From the NCBI GenBank assembly GCA_018985225.1, contig JADGIF010000306.1:1-11287 (forward strand): a DNA stretch of 11,287 nucleotides. Reading direction: 5' to 3'. Within the stretch, counting starts at the first letter, position 1. Every line of letters starts with the position of its first letter. Shown one piece after another: positions 1-8,916 of this stretch. The position numbers and the translations under genes were made by a program. The notes beneath the pieces are model-generated. The model saw nothing but the letters and a program-made list of their open reading frames with translations, was not told the origin of the DNA and ran no database searches. This stretch comes from Amoeboradix gromovi X-113 (taxonomy: Eukaryota > Fungi > Sanchytriomycota).

Positions 1-71
1 AATAAAGCTGAAATAATGTTCCAAGCTGTTACAGAAAGTTGGTCCAGTTTTTATATTTGATGTCCCTTTTG
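1..71 (+). repeat. Dispersed repeat, copy A (cut by the window edge); inverted relative to copy B at 11009-11079
   Basis: 1-71 matches the reverse complement of 11009-11079 at 65/71 positions with no gaps (differences at positions 3, 18, 26, 33, 41, 67). Confidence 0.92.
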
Positions 72-114
72 TTTTTTTCTAAATTTTCAAGTTTCAATAG
101 TTTTTATAACACAT

Positions 115-1388
115 ATGTCAAATGCAAGTCCACAGGTTAAAATAACTGAATTTACTAAGATAGATTCAACATTTAATCCTCATGTAGAGTTCAAGGTAGA
201 ATTTGGCAGCCATTTTCATTTCAAACGCTATTCTGAATTTGAAAAATTGGATGCGTATTTAAGGCAAAGATACGATAACCTAGTACCATTTCTTCCTCCA
301 AAAAAGTATCTTGGGCGTTTTGATACTATTTTTTTAAGAATACGTCAAATAGTTTTAGAATGGTATCTAAACGAACTTTTGGACCATCCGGTTTTAAAGC
401 TGGATGGAATTCTTGATAAATTTCTAACATCTGCGATTGTAGACATACCAATTAAAAAAGCGCTTTCTTCTAACTCTCTTTTAAATCTATTCAAATCTGC
501 GCCAAAATACTTTGAACAAGATGACAGATTAAGAATCATAGCGGGCCAAGCTAGTGCCATTAAATCGAATTATGAGAACCTTACCAGTCATGTACAAATT
601 GCTGTAGAATCCTTGAATGATAGTCTTCAGGTATTAGGGAAGCTTAAAAAGAACATGCAACTCTTTGGTGTCTCAAACCTTCATACTCACCCAAAATTAT
701 CAAAAAGAAGCGCTTGTATGAGCTCTATATTCAGCTCTTTAATAGAAATTAACGAATCCAGAGTAATTAATAATTTATCTAGATGAATGCCGATCAACGA
801 TTATTAGCGGTATTGCAAATATCACAAGGACAGATGGATGCCGTCCAGGACTTAGTGAACCATCGTAAAAGAGACCAGGAGGCATTAGCCACTGCTTTGC
901 AGCCAAATAGTGGCCAAAATCAGAGGGAAATAGAAGAATGTAAATTACAATTAGAGAAGATTGGAGATATTATTAAGATAGATGTAGATCGCAGTGAGTA
1001 CAAAAGAGCTCAGCTAGTTAGGAGGGTCATCTCTAAAATATTGCTTGAATTAATTGAGTGCCAAAGAAAAACAGTGATTCAATGGGAATCATATAATACC
1101 GAAATAAAACGCAAGAGCAGCACTGCTCCTTCTACACAGCAGCAATTTTTATTAGGCTCCGATAGTGATGAGGATAATAGAAACGAAATATTTAAGAATG
1201 TGCCGTTTTCACCAGCATCTGAAGATGAGCACGATTTAAGTACTGCAGCGAATTTTGAAGTAAATAGTCAGGCATCATCAGCAGCTGACGCACCAATAAC
1301 GCCAGTTAATAAAGATAGAGATGAAAACTTTGATATTACCCAAAGCTCTAAAACTGATAACGCAGTGAATAATCCTTGGGATCAATAA
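115..1388 (+). CDS. PX-domain sorting nexin (probable degenerate SNX-BAR), 2 exons: join(115..762,783..1388), 417 aa
   Basis: N-terminal PX motifs (HVEFKV, KRYSEF, PFLPPKK, FLRIR..LE.YLN.LL.HP.L, FLT) followed by a helical/coiled-coil region and an acidic low-complexity tail ending NNPWDQ. The two track ORFs fuse in frame (ESR|MNAD) after removing the 20-nt GT-AG intron 763-782. Confidence 0.85.
763..782 (+). other. 20-nt spliceosomal intron (phase 0), GTAATTAATAATTTATCTAG
   Basis: GTAAT donor, TAG acceptor, very AT-rich. Removal joins ORF 115.. to ORF 783.. in frame. Confidence 0.85.
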
Positions 1389-1389
1389 A
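1384..1389 (+). terminator. AATAAA polyadenylation-signal-like hexamer overlapping the TAA stop of the sorting nexin
   Basis: CAA TAA A at 1383-1389; the same arrangement occurs at the ABCC and PEF stops. Confidence 0.5.
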
Positions 1390-1952
1390 TCGTTTTAAGA
1401 TAGCTTTTATTATTTTTCTCCTTTATGAACGACTCCAGGAATTTTCCGACATCGCAGGGATGATCGCCCCGTTAAAAGTCCTGATTTCCGAGAAAATCGA
1501 GAAATTACACATAGAAACTAGCAGTGCTAGATGCTCCGTTACAGTGATTGTTCACGCTTTCACTAGCCTGAGGCGGGATTGAATAAGGATGTATATATTT
1601 GTATAAATTCCTTGCTGTCATACAATCTCTATTGTTGCACATGTGGTAAGACAATGATATTCGAATTGTTAATAAATGGTTTACAAGTTTATTTATTGTT
1701 CATCTCTTATAGGCATTGAAAGACATCTAATTGTTCAATGCTTGGACCAGTTCCTCAGTGTTAATGAATGTATGCTGTACCTGTTAGTTGTTTCTTTAGA
1801 TTTGACATATTCGGGATTACATCCATTAATTCCATTTACCATCTGTGAAAACGAAGAATATCGAGTATTTAAGCTATAGGAAGAGTCATGAAATTATATA
1901 AAAATGCATACAAATTCGCTATAAATGATTTGCTCAAAAAAACAATCGATCT

Positions 1953-1972
1953 GTGCAATGATCGATTTGGAG
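1953..1972 (+). other. Candidate 20-nt intron that would extend the ABCC N-terminus to ATG 1888
   Basis: GTGCAATGATCGATTTGGAG is exactly 20 nt and GT..AG. Removal gives MKLYKNAYKFAINDLLKKTIDL-NFCNMVFFNYF in frame. The donor is weak and the acceptor is GAG. Confidence 0.3.
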
Positions 1973-1985
1973 AAACTTCTGTAAC

Positions 1986-4900
1986 ATGGTGTTCTTCAAC
2001 TATTTCAATGCAGTGGTATGGAAAGGTTATAAGAGACCATTAGAAATTGAAGATACTTTAGTAATTGGCAGCCATATAAAGGCTGAAAAAGTTAGAACCG
2101 AGATTGAAGATTGTTTGGAAGATCATTTGTTGAAAAAGAAAGAACCAATGGAATCATTACAAAGGAATGACATTTTAAATGCAATCTTTAAAGCATTTGG
2201 TAAACGGTTCCTATGGGCTGGTATGCTAAAGTTCATCAATGACTCTGCTATGCTTGCTACACCGTTGTTGCAAGAATTTATTATTAGGTATATACAAGAT
2301 TACAAGCGAGATAAAAACAGTGTTGAGCCTTACATGGGCTATGTGTACGTAGTTGTATTCTTTTTGTTAAACGTTGTCCAAGCAATAGCAATTAATTATT
2401 ACTTTATCAATTCCATGACTTGTGGATTGCAGGTTAGAACAAGTCTTACCACAATCATTTACAAAAAGATTTTAAAAATGAACCCTTCATTGTTTAATTC
2501 TGGCACCATCATTAATCTTGTTTCTACTGATGCTAGTAGGTTGGAATTCACTGCTAGCTATTTACATATGATCTGGAGTGCCCCTTTTCAACTATTTGTA
2601 ATCATTGCGTTCTTGATTAGGGCTTTAGGATGGATCGCCTTAATTGGGGTTGCTGCCATATTTTTTGTAGCACCGTTCCAGTCTATCTTGTTCAAACGAC
2701 TCGGGATTTATCGCAAAGCGTCTCAAATAATCACGGATTCTCGAGTTAAACAGACAAATGAAGCTCTTCAATCCATGAGATTAATTAAGTGTTTTGGATG
2801 GGAGCCACTAGTGCTAAACACTTTGCAGGATTTGCGAAAGGCGGAACTATTGAACATATTTAAGCTAGCTATCTTGTCAACTATTACATTTGGATTGGCT
2901 CAAGTTGTACCTACAATCGCATCTGTTCTTACTTATGTTACTTACCTTAAACTGGGCAACGACTTGGAGCCTGCAATCATATTTTCATCATTATCTTATT
3001 TCAATCTTTTATTTACTCCGCTATTGATGCTACCATTCTTACTAAGTGGTATCGTGGACAGTAGAGTGGCTCTTACAAGATTAAGCGATCTTTTAAAATC
3101 AAATGAGCTAGATAACCATCCAACCATTAAAGATCCAACAAATACTGACTATGCAGTGCAGATTGAAAATGGCACATTCTCATGGGATATGGTGAAAGAA
3201 GTACCAATGACTATTTTGCATGACATGAATATTAAAATCAGAAAAGGTTCGCTAACTGTCATTGTAGGCAGTGTAGGTTGTGGGAAATCTTCATTGTTGC
3301 AAGCTATCATTGGAGAGATGCGTAAAATACATGGAAACGTCAGTTTGAGCGGTTCTGTCGGTTATGCACCTCAGATAGCATGGATTCAAAATGGAACATT
3401 GAAAGATAATGTGCTTTTTGGGCTGCCTTTTGACAAGCAGAGATACCAAGATGCCATTACACTTAGTCAACTAAGCCACGATCTTGAAATATTGCCTGAT
3501 GGTGATTCCACTGAGATTGGTGAAAAGGGCATCAATTTGAGTGGCGGTCAAAAAGCTAGAGTCAGCTTAGCCCGTGTATACTATTTCAATCCTGACATTA
3601 TACTTTTGGATGATGTCCTGAGTGCTGTTGATTCTCACGTTGCTAATTCCTTGTTTTTCGATTTAATCAAGAACGGGTTTAAATCAAAGACTATACTACT
3701 AGTCACCCATCAGTTACATGTTGTCCCTAGTTGCGATAATGTCATATTTATGGAAAACGGTGTAGTATCTGGTCAAGGGGAGTACTCCACGTTGCTAAAA
3801 TCTAGTCAAACTTTCAAAACCTACATGAACAATGTTCAAGGCCAAATGACCGAGAACGTGCCTGAAGGTAATTCCGTTGAGCCGTCGGCTAATGACACAG
3901 CTAAGCCAGCGGTACTAATGACAGCGGAAGAGCGATTTAGTGGTGCTGTTAAATGGAGGGTGTACAGCAGCTATTTGAAAGCAGGATACGGATTTTCTGT
4001 CGGTAGTGCTGTTATTTTGGTGTATTTAATACTAAATGCTAACAAAATAGGTGCTAATTTATGGCTTGCTTATTACACTCAAGGGCAAATGCAGATTTGG
4101 GGCATCAGCGTGGATGTCTTTATCATTGTGTACTGCATATTAGGAATATCCCAGTCAATATTTGTGGTGGGTACTGGGGTTGTAGGAGCTATTGGTGGAT
4201 ACAAAGCTAGTAAGATTTTGCATGAGAATGCGATATTGCGAGTGATGAATGCCCCAATGAGCTTTTTTGACACTAATCCATTGGGACGAATACTGAACAG
4301 GTTTAGTAAGGATCAAGATGCTTTGGATTCTCAACTTCCCCAATCACTGAGATCGTTCTTAACTACCTTCTTTACTACTATATTCAGTTTTGCTTATATG
4401 ATTGTAGTTACCCCTTTACTAGCTGCCCCATTAGTACTGCTTTTGGTAGCTTATTACTTTATTCAAGATTTTTATCGATGCACTAGCAGGGAACTAAAAA
4501 GAATTGATGCTATAAGTAAAAGTCCTGTTTATTCCTTGATAGGCGAGAGTATGAATGGTCTAAGCACGATTAGAGCATATAGAGAAGAAGAGAGGTTTAT
4601 GCAATTATTGGATAACCATGTGGATAAGAATAATAGACCAGCTTACAGTCAGTTAGTGGCGCAAAGATGGTTAAGTTTAAGGCTAGAGCTAATAGGTGCA
4701 GTGCTGATATTCTTTGCAGCATTGTTCGGAATAATCGGTAAGGATACGATACCTGTCGGTGTTATCGCTCTCTCTTTAACTTATGCATTAAGCACTACAA
4801 GCTCATTAAACTGGTGTGTTAGACAACTAGCAGAATTGGAGGTTTATATGAACAGTGTAGAAAGAATTAACTTTTATGCCGAAGAATTGCCAACTGAGAA

Positions 4901-5779
4901 ACCTAAAAGGGTCGATTCAGATCCTACGAATTGGCCTGTTAAAGCACAGGTAGAGTTTAAGAACTGCTCCATGTCTTACAGACCGGGATTGCCAGATGTA
5001 CTCAAAGATGTTAACCTGAGCATACCAGGTGGACTAAAAATCGGAATAGTAGGTAGAACAGGGAGTGGAAAATCGTCATTGACAGTGGCATTGATGAGAC
5101 TAGTGGAAATTAATAAAGGGCAGATACTGATAGATGGTGTAGATATAGCCACAATTGGACTGCATACTTTAAGGAAAAGAATAGCTATCGTTCCTCAGGA
5201 TCCCGTGTTATTCAGTGGGACTATTAGATCTAATCTAGATAGATATGGTGAATTTGATGAGGCAAAATTGTGGTCAGTGTTAGAGCGAGTGGGATTAAAA
5301 GCTTCAATAGAGATATTAGACAAAAAGCTGGACTCTATAGTAAGTGAAAATGGTGAAAACTACTCCGTAGGGCAGCGTCAGCTATTCTGCTTAGCTAGAG
5401 CGATGCTTCTAGACTCAAATATAATTATTATGGATGAAGCAAGCGCGAGTGTAGACGTGCACACTGATAGATACATACAAGAAGCAATAAGAAGAGACTT
5501 TAATAGCAAGACAATATTGACTATTGCACACAGGTTAGGTAATACAGTATTAATGTAGGAACAATAATAGACTATGACAAGGTTTTAGTAATGGAGAACG
5601 GAACAGTCGGAGAGTACGACTCGCCAAAAGAGTTGCTTAATAACCCGAACTCTTTGTTCACCAAACTAGTAAATCAGACGGGTGAGTCAAATGCCAGCAT
5701 GTTAAGAGATTTGGCAAATGGAGGTGCAGATCTGGATAAGATACTGGAACTGAATACTGCGATACCAGATACTAAATAA
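1986..5779 (+). CDS. ABC transporter subfamily C (short type without TMD0, Yor1/MRP4-like), join(1986..5538,5559..5779), 1257 aa; 5' end may extend upstream
   Basis: Lasso motif KGYKRPLE; TMD1; NBD1 with GSVGCGKSS, LSGGQKAR and degenerate Walker B ILLDD; TMD2 with FFDTNPLGRILNRFSKD; NBD2 with GRTGSGKSS, YSVGQRQ and IIMDEAS. Splicing 5539-5558 restores the canonical IAHRLGTIIDYDKVLVMENG.V.EYDSP.ELL. Confidence 0.95.
5539..5558 (+). other. 20-nt spliceosomal intron (phase 1), GTAATACAGTATTAATGTAG
   Basis: It contains the in-frame TAG that truncates the track ORF. Removal yields the conserved NBD2 H-loop continuation HRLGTIIDYDKVLVM, joining the 5591..5779 ORF. Confidence 0.93.
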
Positions 5780-5780
5780 A
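5775..5780 (+). terminator. AATAAA hexamer overlapping the TAA stop of the ABCC gene
   Basis: AAA TAA A at 5774-5780. Confidence 0.5.
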
Positions 5781-6395
5781 CTGCATGTTATTGTACCACA
5801 AAATGATTCATATTTACTCGCAAGTTTTGATCTTAAAGAATGACTCTACTAGCTGCAATCTTGAATTTGCATACAACCCAGAAAAAGCCCCAATGAATCA
5901 GCGGTAATAAAAGAAGTGGAGATTTCAGGCACAATTATGATTACCATGTATTTGAGCAATAGCCCGACTTATGAGTATAAATTATTGTTTAAATTATTAT
6001 AACATAAGTAGGATGCTACTGAGTTATGTAATCAATTCGTCTTTTGTAGCCGTAAAACAATCCCCATAAGTGGTTGGCTTAATCTGACGGAGTTTGTTGG
6101 CAGTTTTAATATATGTTTTTATTGCCGTCAATTCACTGTTGAAGTTAACAGCTAGGCAACCCAGTTGCAAAAGGATATAAATAAAATGAATCAAATGTTT
6201 AACTCATTAAAGATCTTTAGGCATATGGTGAAAGACAAAGCTGGCGCAGAAGAAATGTTAGTAGAATCATTCCGCTTAAATTCTAGGTGAAATAAATGGG
6301 CACCACTGCAAGAACAAGTCTATCTACTTCTTTAAGTGGTTGTCCAAAGGGCTACTTAAAAATACAAATCCATAATTTTAACGGAGGATACTCTG

Positions 6396-7520
6396 ATGAC
6401 TGACATGGAGATGATAACAATAGTTGGAAGTGGACCATCGAGTATTATGCTAAGCGCATTACTATGTGGATATATACCCACTGAAAAAGTAGACAGATTA
6501 TCAAGGGAACACTGGCCAAGTAAGATAGTGCTGAAGAAACCCAAAGTAAAATTTACAAAAGTAGAATCAAAGTACAAAGTACGGATTCTTGGAAATGCAT
6601 TAGGAGGAATGTGGAGAGAAGGTGATGATACAGAGACCATATCCTATGGATGGCAATTAGAAATACCACAATTTCCATTTATTAAATATTTACGAATTGC
6701 CAACAAAATGGTAGAAGATTATGAGTTTTACAGACCGACAAGAAGTTTAGTAGCACAGTACTACAAATATTGCGCAGCCAAACTAGATATAGAATTCACA
6801 GAGTGCACAGTATCATCAGTTGTGAGAAACAAGATGTTTTCCATAAACACTGATGTTGGTGTATTTAGCGCCGATAAAGTTGTTTTTGCCACTGGAAAAT
6901 ATACAATGCCAAGAAAGTTATCTTTTTCTTCAGATTATACAATTCCAACCAAAATACCAAATGCAAAAATAAAACGAGTACTAGTAATTGGTAGTGGGTT
7001 TAGTGCTGCTGATACTGTTTTGCAATATATAAGATGGGACGTTCAAGTATTTCATATATTTTATGCATTCCCTGAACACAAAAAACTTTTCCAATCGTCC
7101 AAACACTGTCCCAACATAACTTACAAGCAATCACCACTTGCGTTTTGTCACTCTTCTTCCTACCCTCAATATTCAGTCTTGTTTAACGCCATGAAAAACG
7201 GAAAGTTAGAAATTAGCGATTTAAGCTCAGTTTCCGATGTTTATATTCCTTTACCTGGGTTTACAGCAGCATCAAAGTCGCGCTTAGTTGATGGATATGG
7301 TAATAACTATGATATTGAGTTCGATTACTACCACGCTCTTATTGGATATTATACACAAGGTTGGTCCATTTGCGATAATGTTATTTCCCCAAACAAATCT
7401 AAATATCAGCCATTTGAGCAGATCAACAACGTTTACACATGTGGGTCTTCTGAATCCACCACCTTGATTTGCGATTGTCTCGACACCTGTTATGCTACTT
7501 ATAAAGATATAACCAAGTAA
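6396..7520 (+). CDS. OSGIN1/2 (OKL38)-like FAD/NAD(P)-dependent oxidoreductase, 374 aa (start could be Met 6396, 6405 or 6411)
   Basis: IVGSGPSSIMLSALLCGYIP resembles the OSGIN VIIGNGPSGICLSYLLSGY.P motif. Also LGGMW, RPTR..VAQYY, VVFATG...PRKL, a second Rossmann motif VLVIGSGFSAAD, SPL..CH...YP.Y and a C-terminal VY.CGS. Confidence 0.8.
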   Translation: MTDMEMITIVGSGPSSIMLSALLCGYIPTEKVDRLSREHWPSKIVLKKPKVKFTKVESKYKVRILGNALGGMWREGDDTETISYGWQLEIPQFPFIKYLRIANKMVEDYEFYRPTRSLVAQYYKYCAAKLDIEFTECTVSSVVRNKMFSINTDVGVFSADKVVFATGKYTMPRKLSFSSDYTIPTKIPNAKIKRVLVIGSGFSAADTVLQYIRWDVQVFHIFYAFPEHKKLFQSSKHCPNITYKQSPLAFCHSSSYPQYSVLFNAMKNGKLEISDLSSVSDVYIPLPGFTAASKSRLVDGYGNNYDIEFDYYHALIGYYTQGWSICDNVISPNKSKYQPFEQINNVYTCGSSESTTLICDCLDTCYATYKDITK

Positions 7521-7554
7521 ATATGATTAATTACAAATATTTTTCCATACAATT

Positions 7555-8805
7555 ATGAGCTTCGATGGCGCCTTGTTCACTGGTCCGCCAGTTGATAGAC
7601 CATATAATACCAAGTTGAACACTTGCAGAATTCAAATGATACCAATGAGCGGCCTACCTCATACTAACTATCTTTATAGTTTGGCATTGACCTCAGATCC
7701 CTTTAGATTGTTGGCTACAGGAGATTCAAATGGCGGCGTCTACATATGGGATGCATTCGGATCTATTAATGGACAGCAGTTAATGAGTCGTCAGCAAAAA
7801 CAAGGTCTTGTTGATACCGTAAATCGCCATGGTGTCCTGGTTTCTGCTTTTGAATGCTATGAAGAGCCAAAGGATTTACAAGTTGTCTCAGCAGTGCAAA
7901 GTTTGGCTATAGAAAAACAAGGTATATGGTGTTTAGTTGGTACGAGCAGAGGCAATATTAACCTGCATTCAGTTAGACTTCGGCCTGGTGCCTATATACA
8001 CTCATTGCACGGCCATAGTAATTGTGTCAGTGATATCAGATTAAGCGATAGTCAAGATATTGCAATTAGTGGAGATTGGGACGGAAAGATTAACGTCTGG
8101 GATTTGAATGCTGGTAGAGTAGTCAATCAATTCAAATCCTCAAACACTCAGATAACACATCTTGCTTTCCAGCCTGTAAGCAGAAATAGCACCAAAAACA
8201 ACATTTTCATGGCTGTGAGCATGGACGGATCTATTTTTATATATGATTCTAGGCAACGTAACTTTGCAGCTCAACTACAACAGATGGAAACGACCCCACC
8301 ATGGGCCATAAGTGCTTCTTATTCTGATGACGGTGGTAAAATACTTGTTGGTCGTAGAGATAATGCAATTGAGGAATACATCCAAGCTCAATTGCACAAG
8401 AAATACAAACTTCCCAGTGGAAGTGGTCCTGTAAGTCATGCCAGATACCTTCCAAATGGACATGCGATATGCTCGTCAATTGACAACATAAGGATTGCGA
8501 ATTTAGTGGAGTACGACATGATAACAAATGCAGTGTCTTCTGATACCTTTACCACTCCATTCGAAATTCAGTCTAGTCATCATGGTGGGCCAATAAGCAG
8601 AATGGAGATTGACGTGAATCATGAGTTCTTATGCACTGGCTTGGGAGTTCGAGATTGGCCGATTGATATTTTCTCGAATGGAATAGCTACACCATTTCAG
8701 CTAAATGGTAAAGCCAAAAAACCATTGGACACGACTAGTGGATTCGTAAACTGCTTGTTATACCAAGTAAAGGTGAAAGAAAAGCTGGAGATGCGCCTAA
8801 TCTAA
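7555..8805 (+). CDS. SPT8: SAGA complex TBP-binding WD40 subunit Spt8, 416 aa
   Basis: WD40 repeats (HGHSNCVS..SGDWDGKINVWDLN) plus Spt8-typical segments: SINGQQLM..QK...VD.V...GVL.S, GNINLHSVR, TPPWA.SA.YS.DG..I.VGRR, K.PSGSGPVS.....PNG, PF.I..HHGG.IS, G.R.W. Confidence 0.85.
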   Translation: MSFDGALFTGPPVDRPYNTKLNTCRIQMIPMSGLPHTNYLYSLALTSDPFRLLATGDSNGGVYIWDAFGSINGQQLMSRQQKQGLVDTVNRHGVLVSAFECYEEPKDLQVVSAVQSLAIEKQGIWCLVGTSRGNINLHSVRLRPGAYIHSLHGHSNCVSDIRLSDSQDIAISGDWDGKINVWDLNAGRVVNQFKSSNTQITHLAFQPVSRNSTKNNIFMAVSMDGSIFIYDSRQRNFAAQLQQMETTPPWAISASYSDDGGKILVGRRDNAIEEYIQAQLHKKYKLPSGSGPVSHARYLPNGHAICSSIDNIRIANLVEYDMITNAVSSDTFTTPFEIQSSHHGGPISRMEIDVNHEFLCTGLGVRDWPIDIFSNGIATPFQLNGKAKKPLDTTSGFVNCLLYQVKVKEKLEMRLI

Positions 8806-8916
8806 TGAAGCAGGGAATGTCTCTGCTCTTATTTATTTCATTTGCTTGCACTAATAAATAGCTGTATATAAATTTGCCTTGTAAATTTTACTGGAGGATA
8901 ATTCATAGGCCAAGTG

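Noticed and set aside
345-560. Antisense or alternative-frame ORFs (also 4079-4273, 4155-4343, 6356-6640, 8249-8527, 8275-8463, 9771-10040)
   Set aside because: They shadow well-supported genes on the opposite strand and show no recognisable motifs.
783-1388. Separate 201-aa gene overlapping the PX ORF by ATGA, as in a bacterial operon
   Set aside because: All genes are eukaryotic, and a GT-AG 20-nt intron fuses the two ORFs in frame.
1470-1585. RNase MRP-like motifs (AAAAGTCCTG, GAGAA loop, CGGGATT)
   Set aside because: The bulged-U P4 geometry and the CR-IV/CR-V consensus are not met, and the span is too short.
1376-1879. Short + strand ORFs 1376-1582 (TTG start) and 1676-1879, and a minus-strand micro-ORF with a possible 28-nt intron near 1480-1507
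   Set aside because: No recognisable homology; lengths are within chance expectation.
5591-5779. Independent 62-aa ORF
   Set aside because: It is the conserved end of ABCC NBD2 (last exon).
5960-6170. Several 5-6 bp hairpins in the ABCC-OSGIN gap
   Set aside because: Short stems are expected by chance in AT-rich DNA, and no coherent closing structure was seen.
6170-6178. U12-type donor ATATCCTTT on the minus strand
   Set aside because: No TCCTTAAC-like branch site and no supported host exon.
8881-8908. 28-nt GT..AG segment before the Kv gene as a coding intron
   Set aside because: The upstream frame hits TAG with no ATG, so it adds no coding sequence; ATG 8917 suffices.
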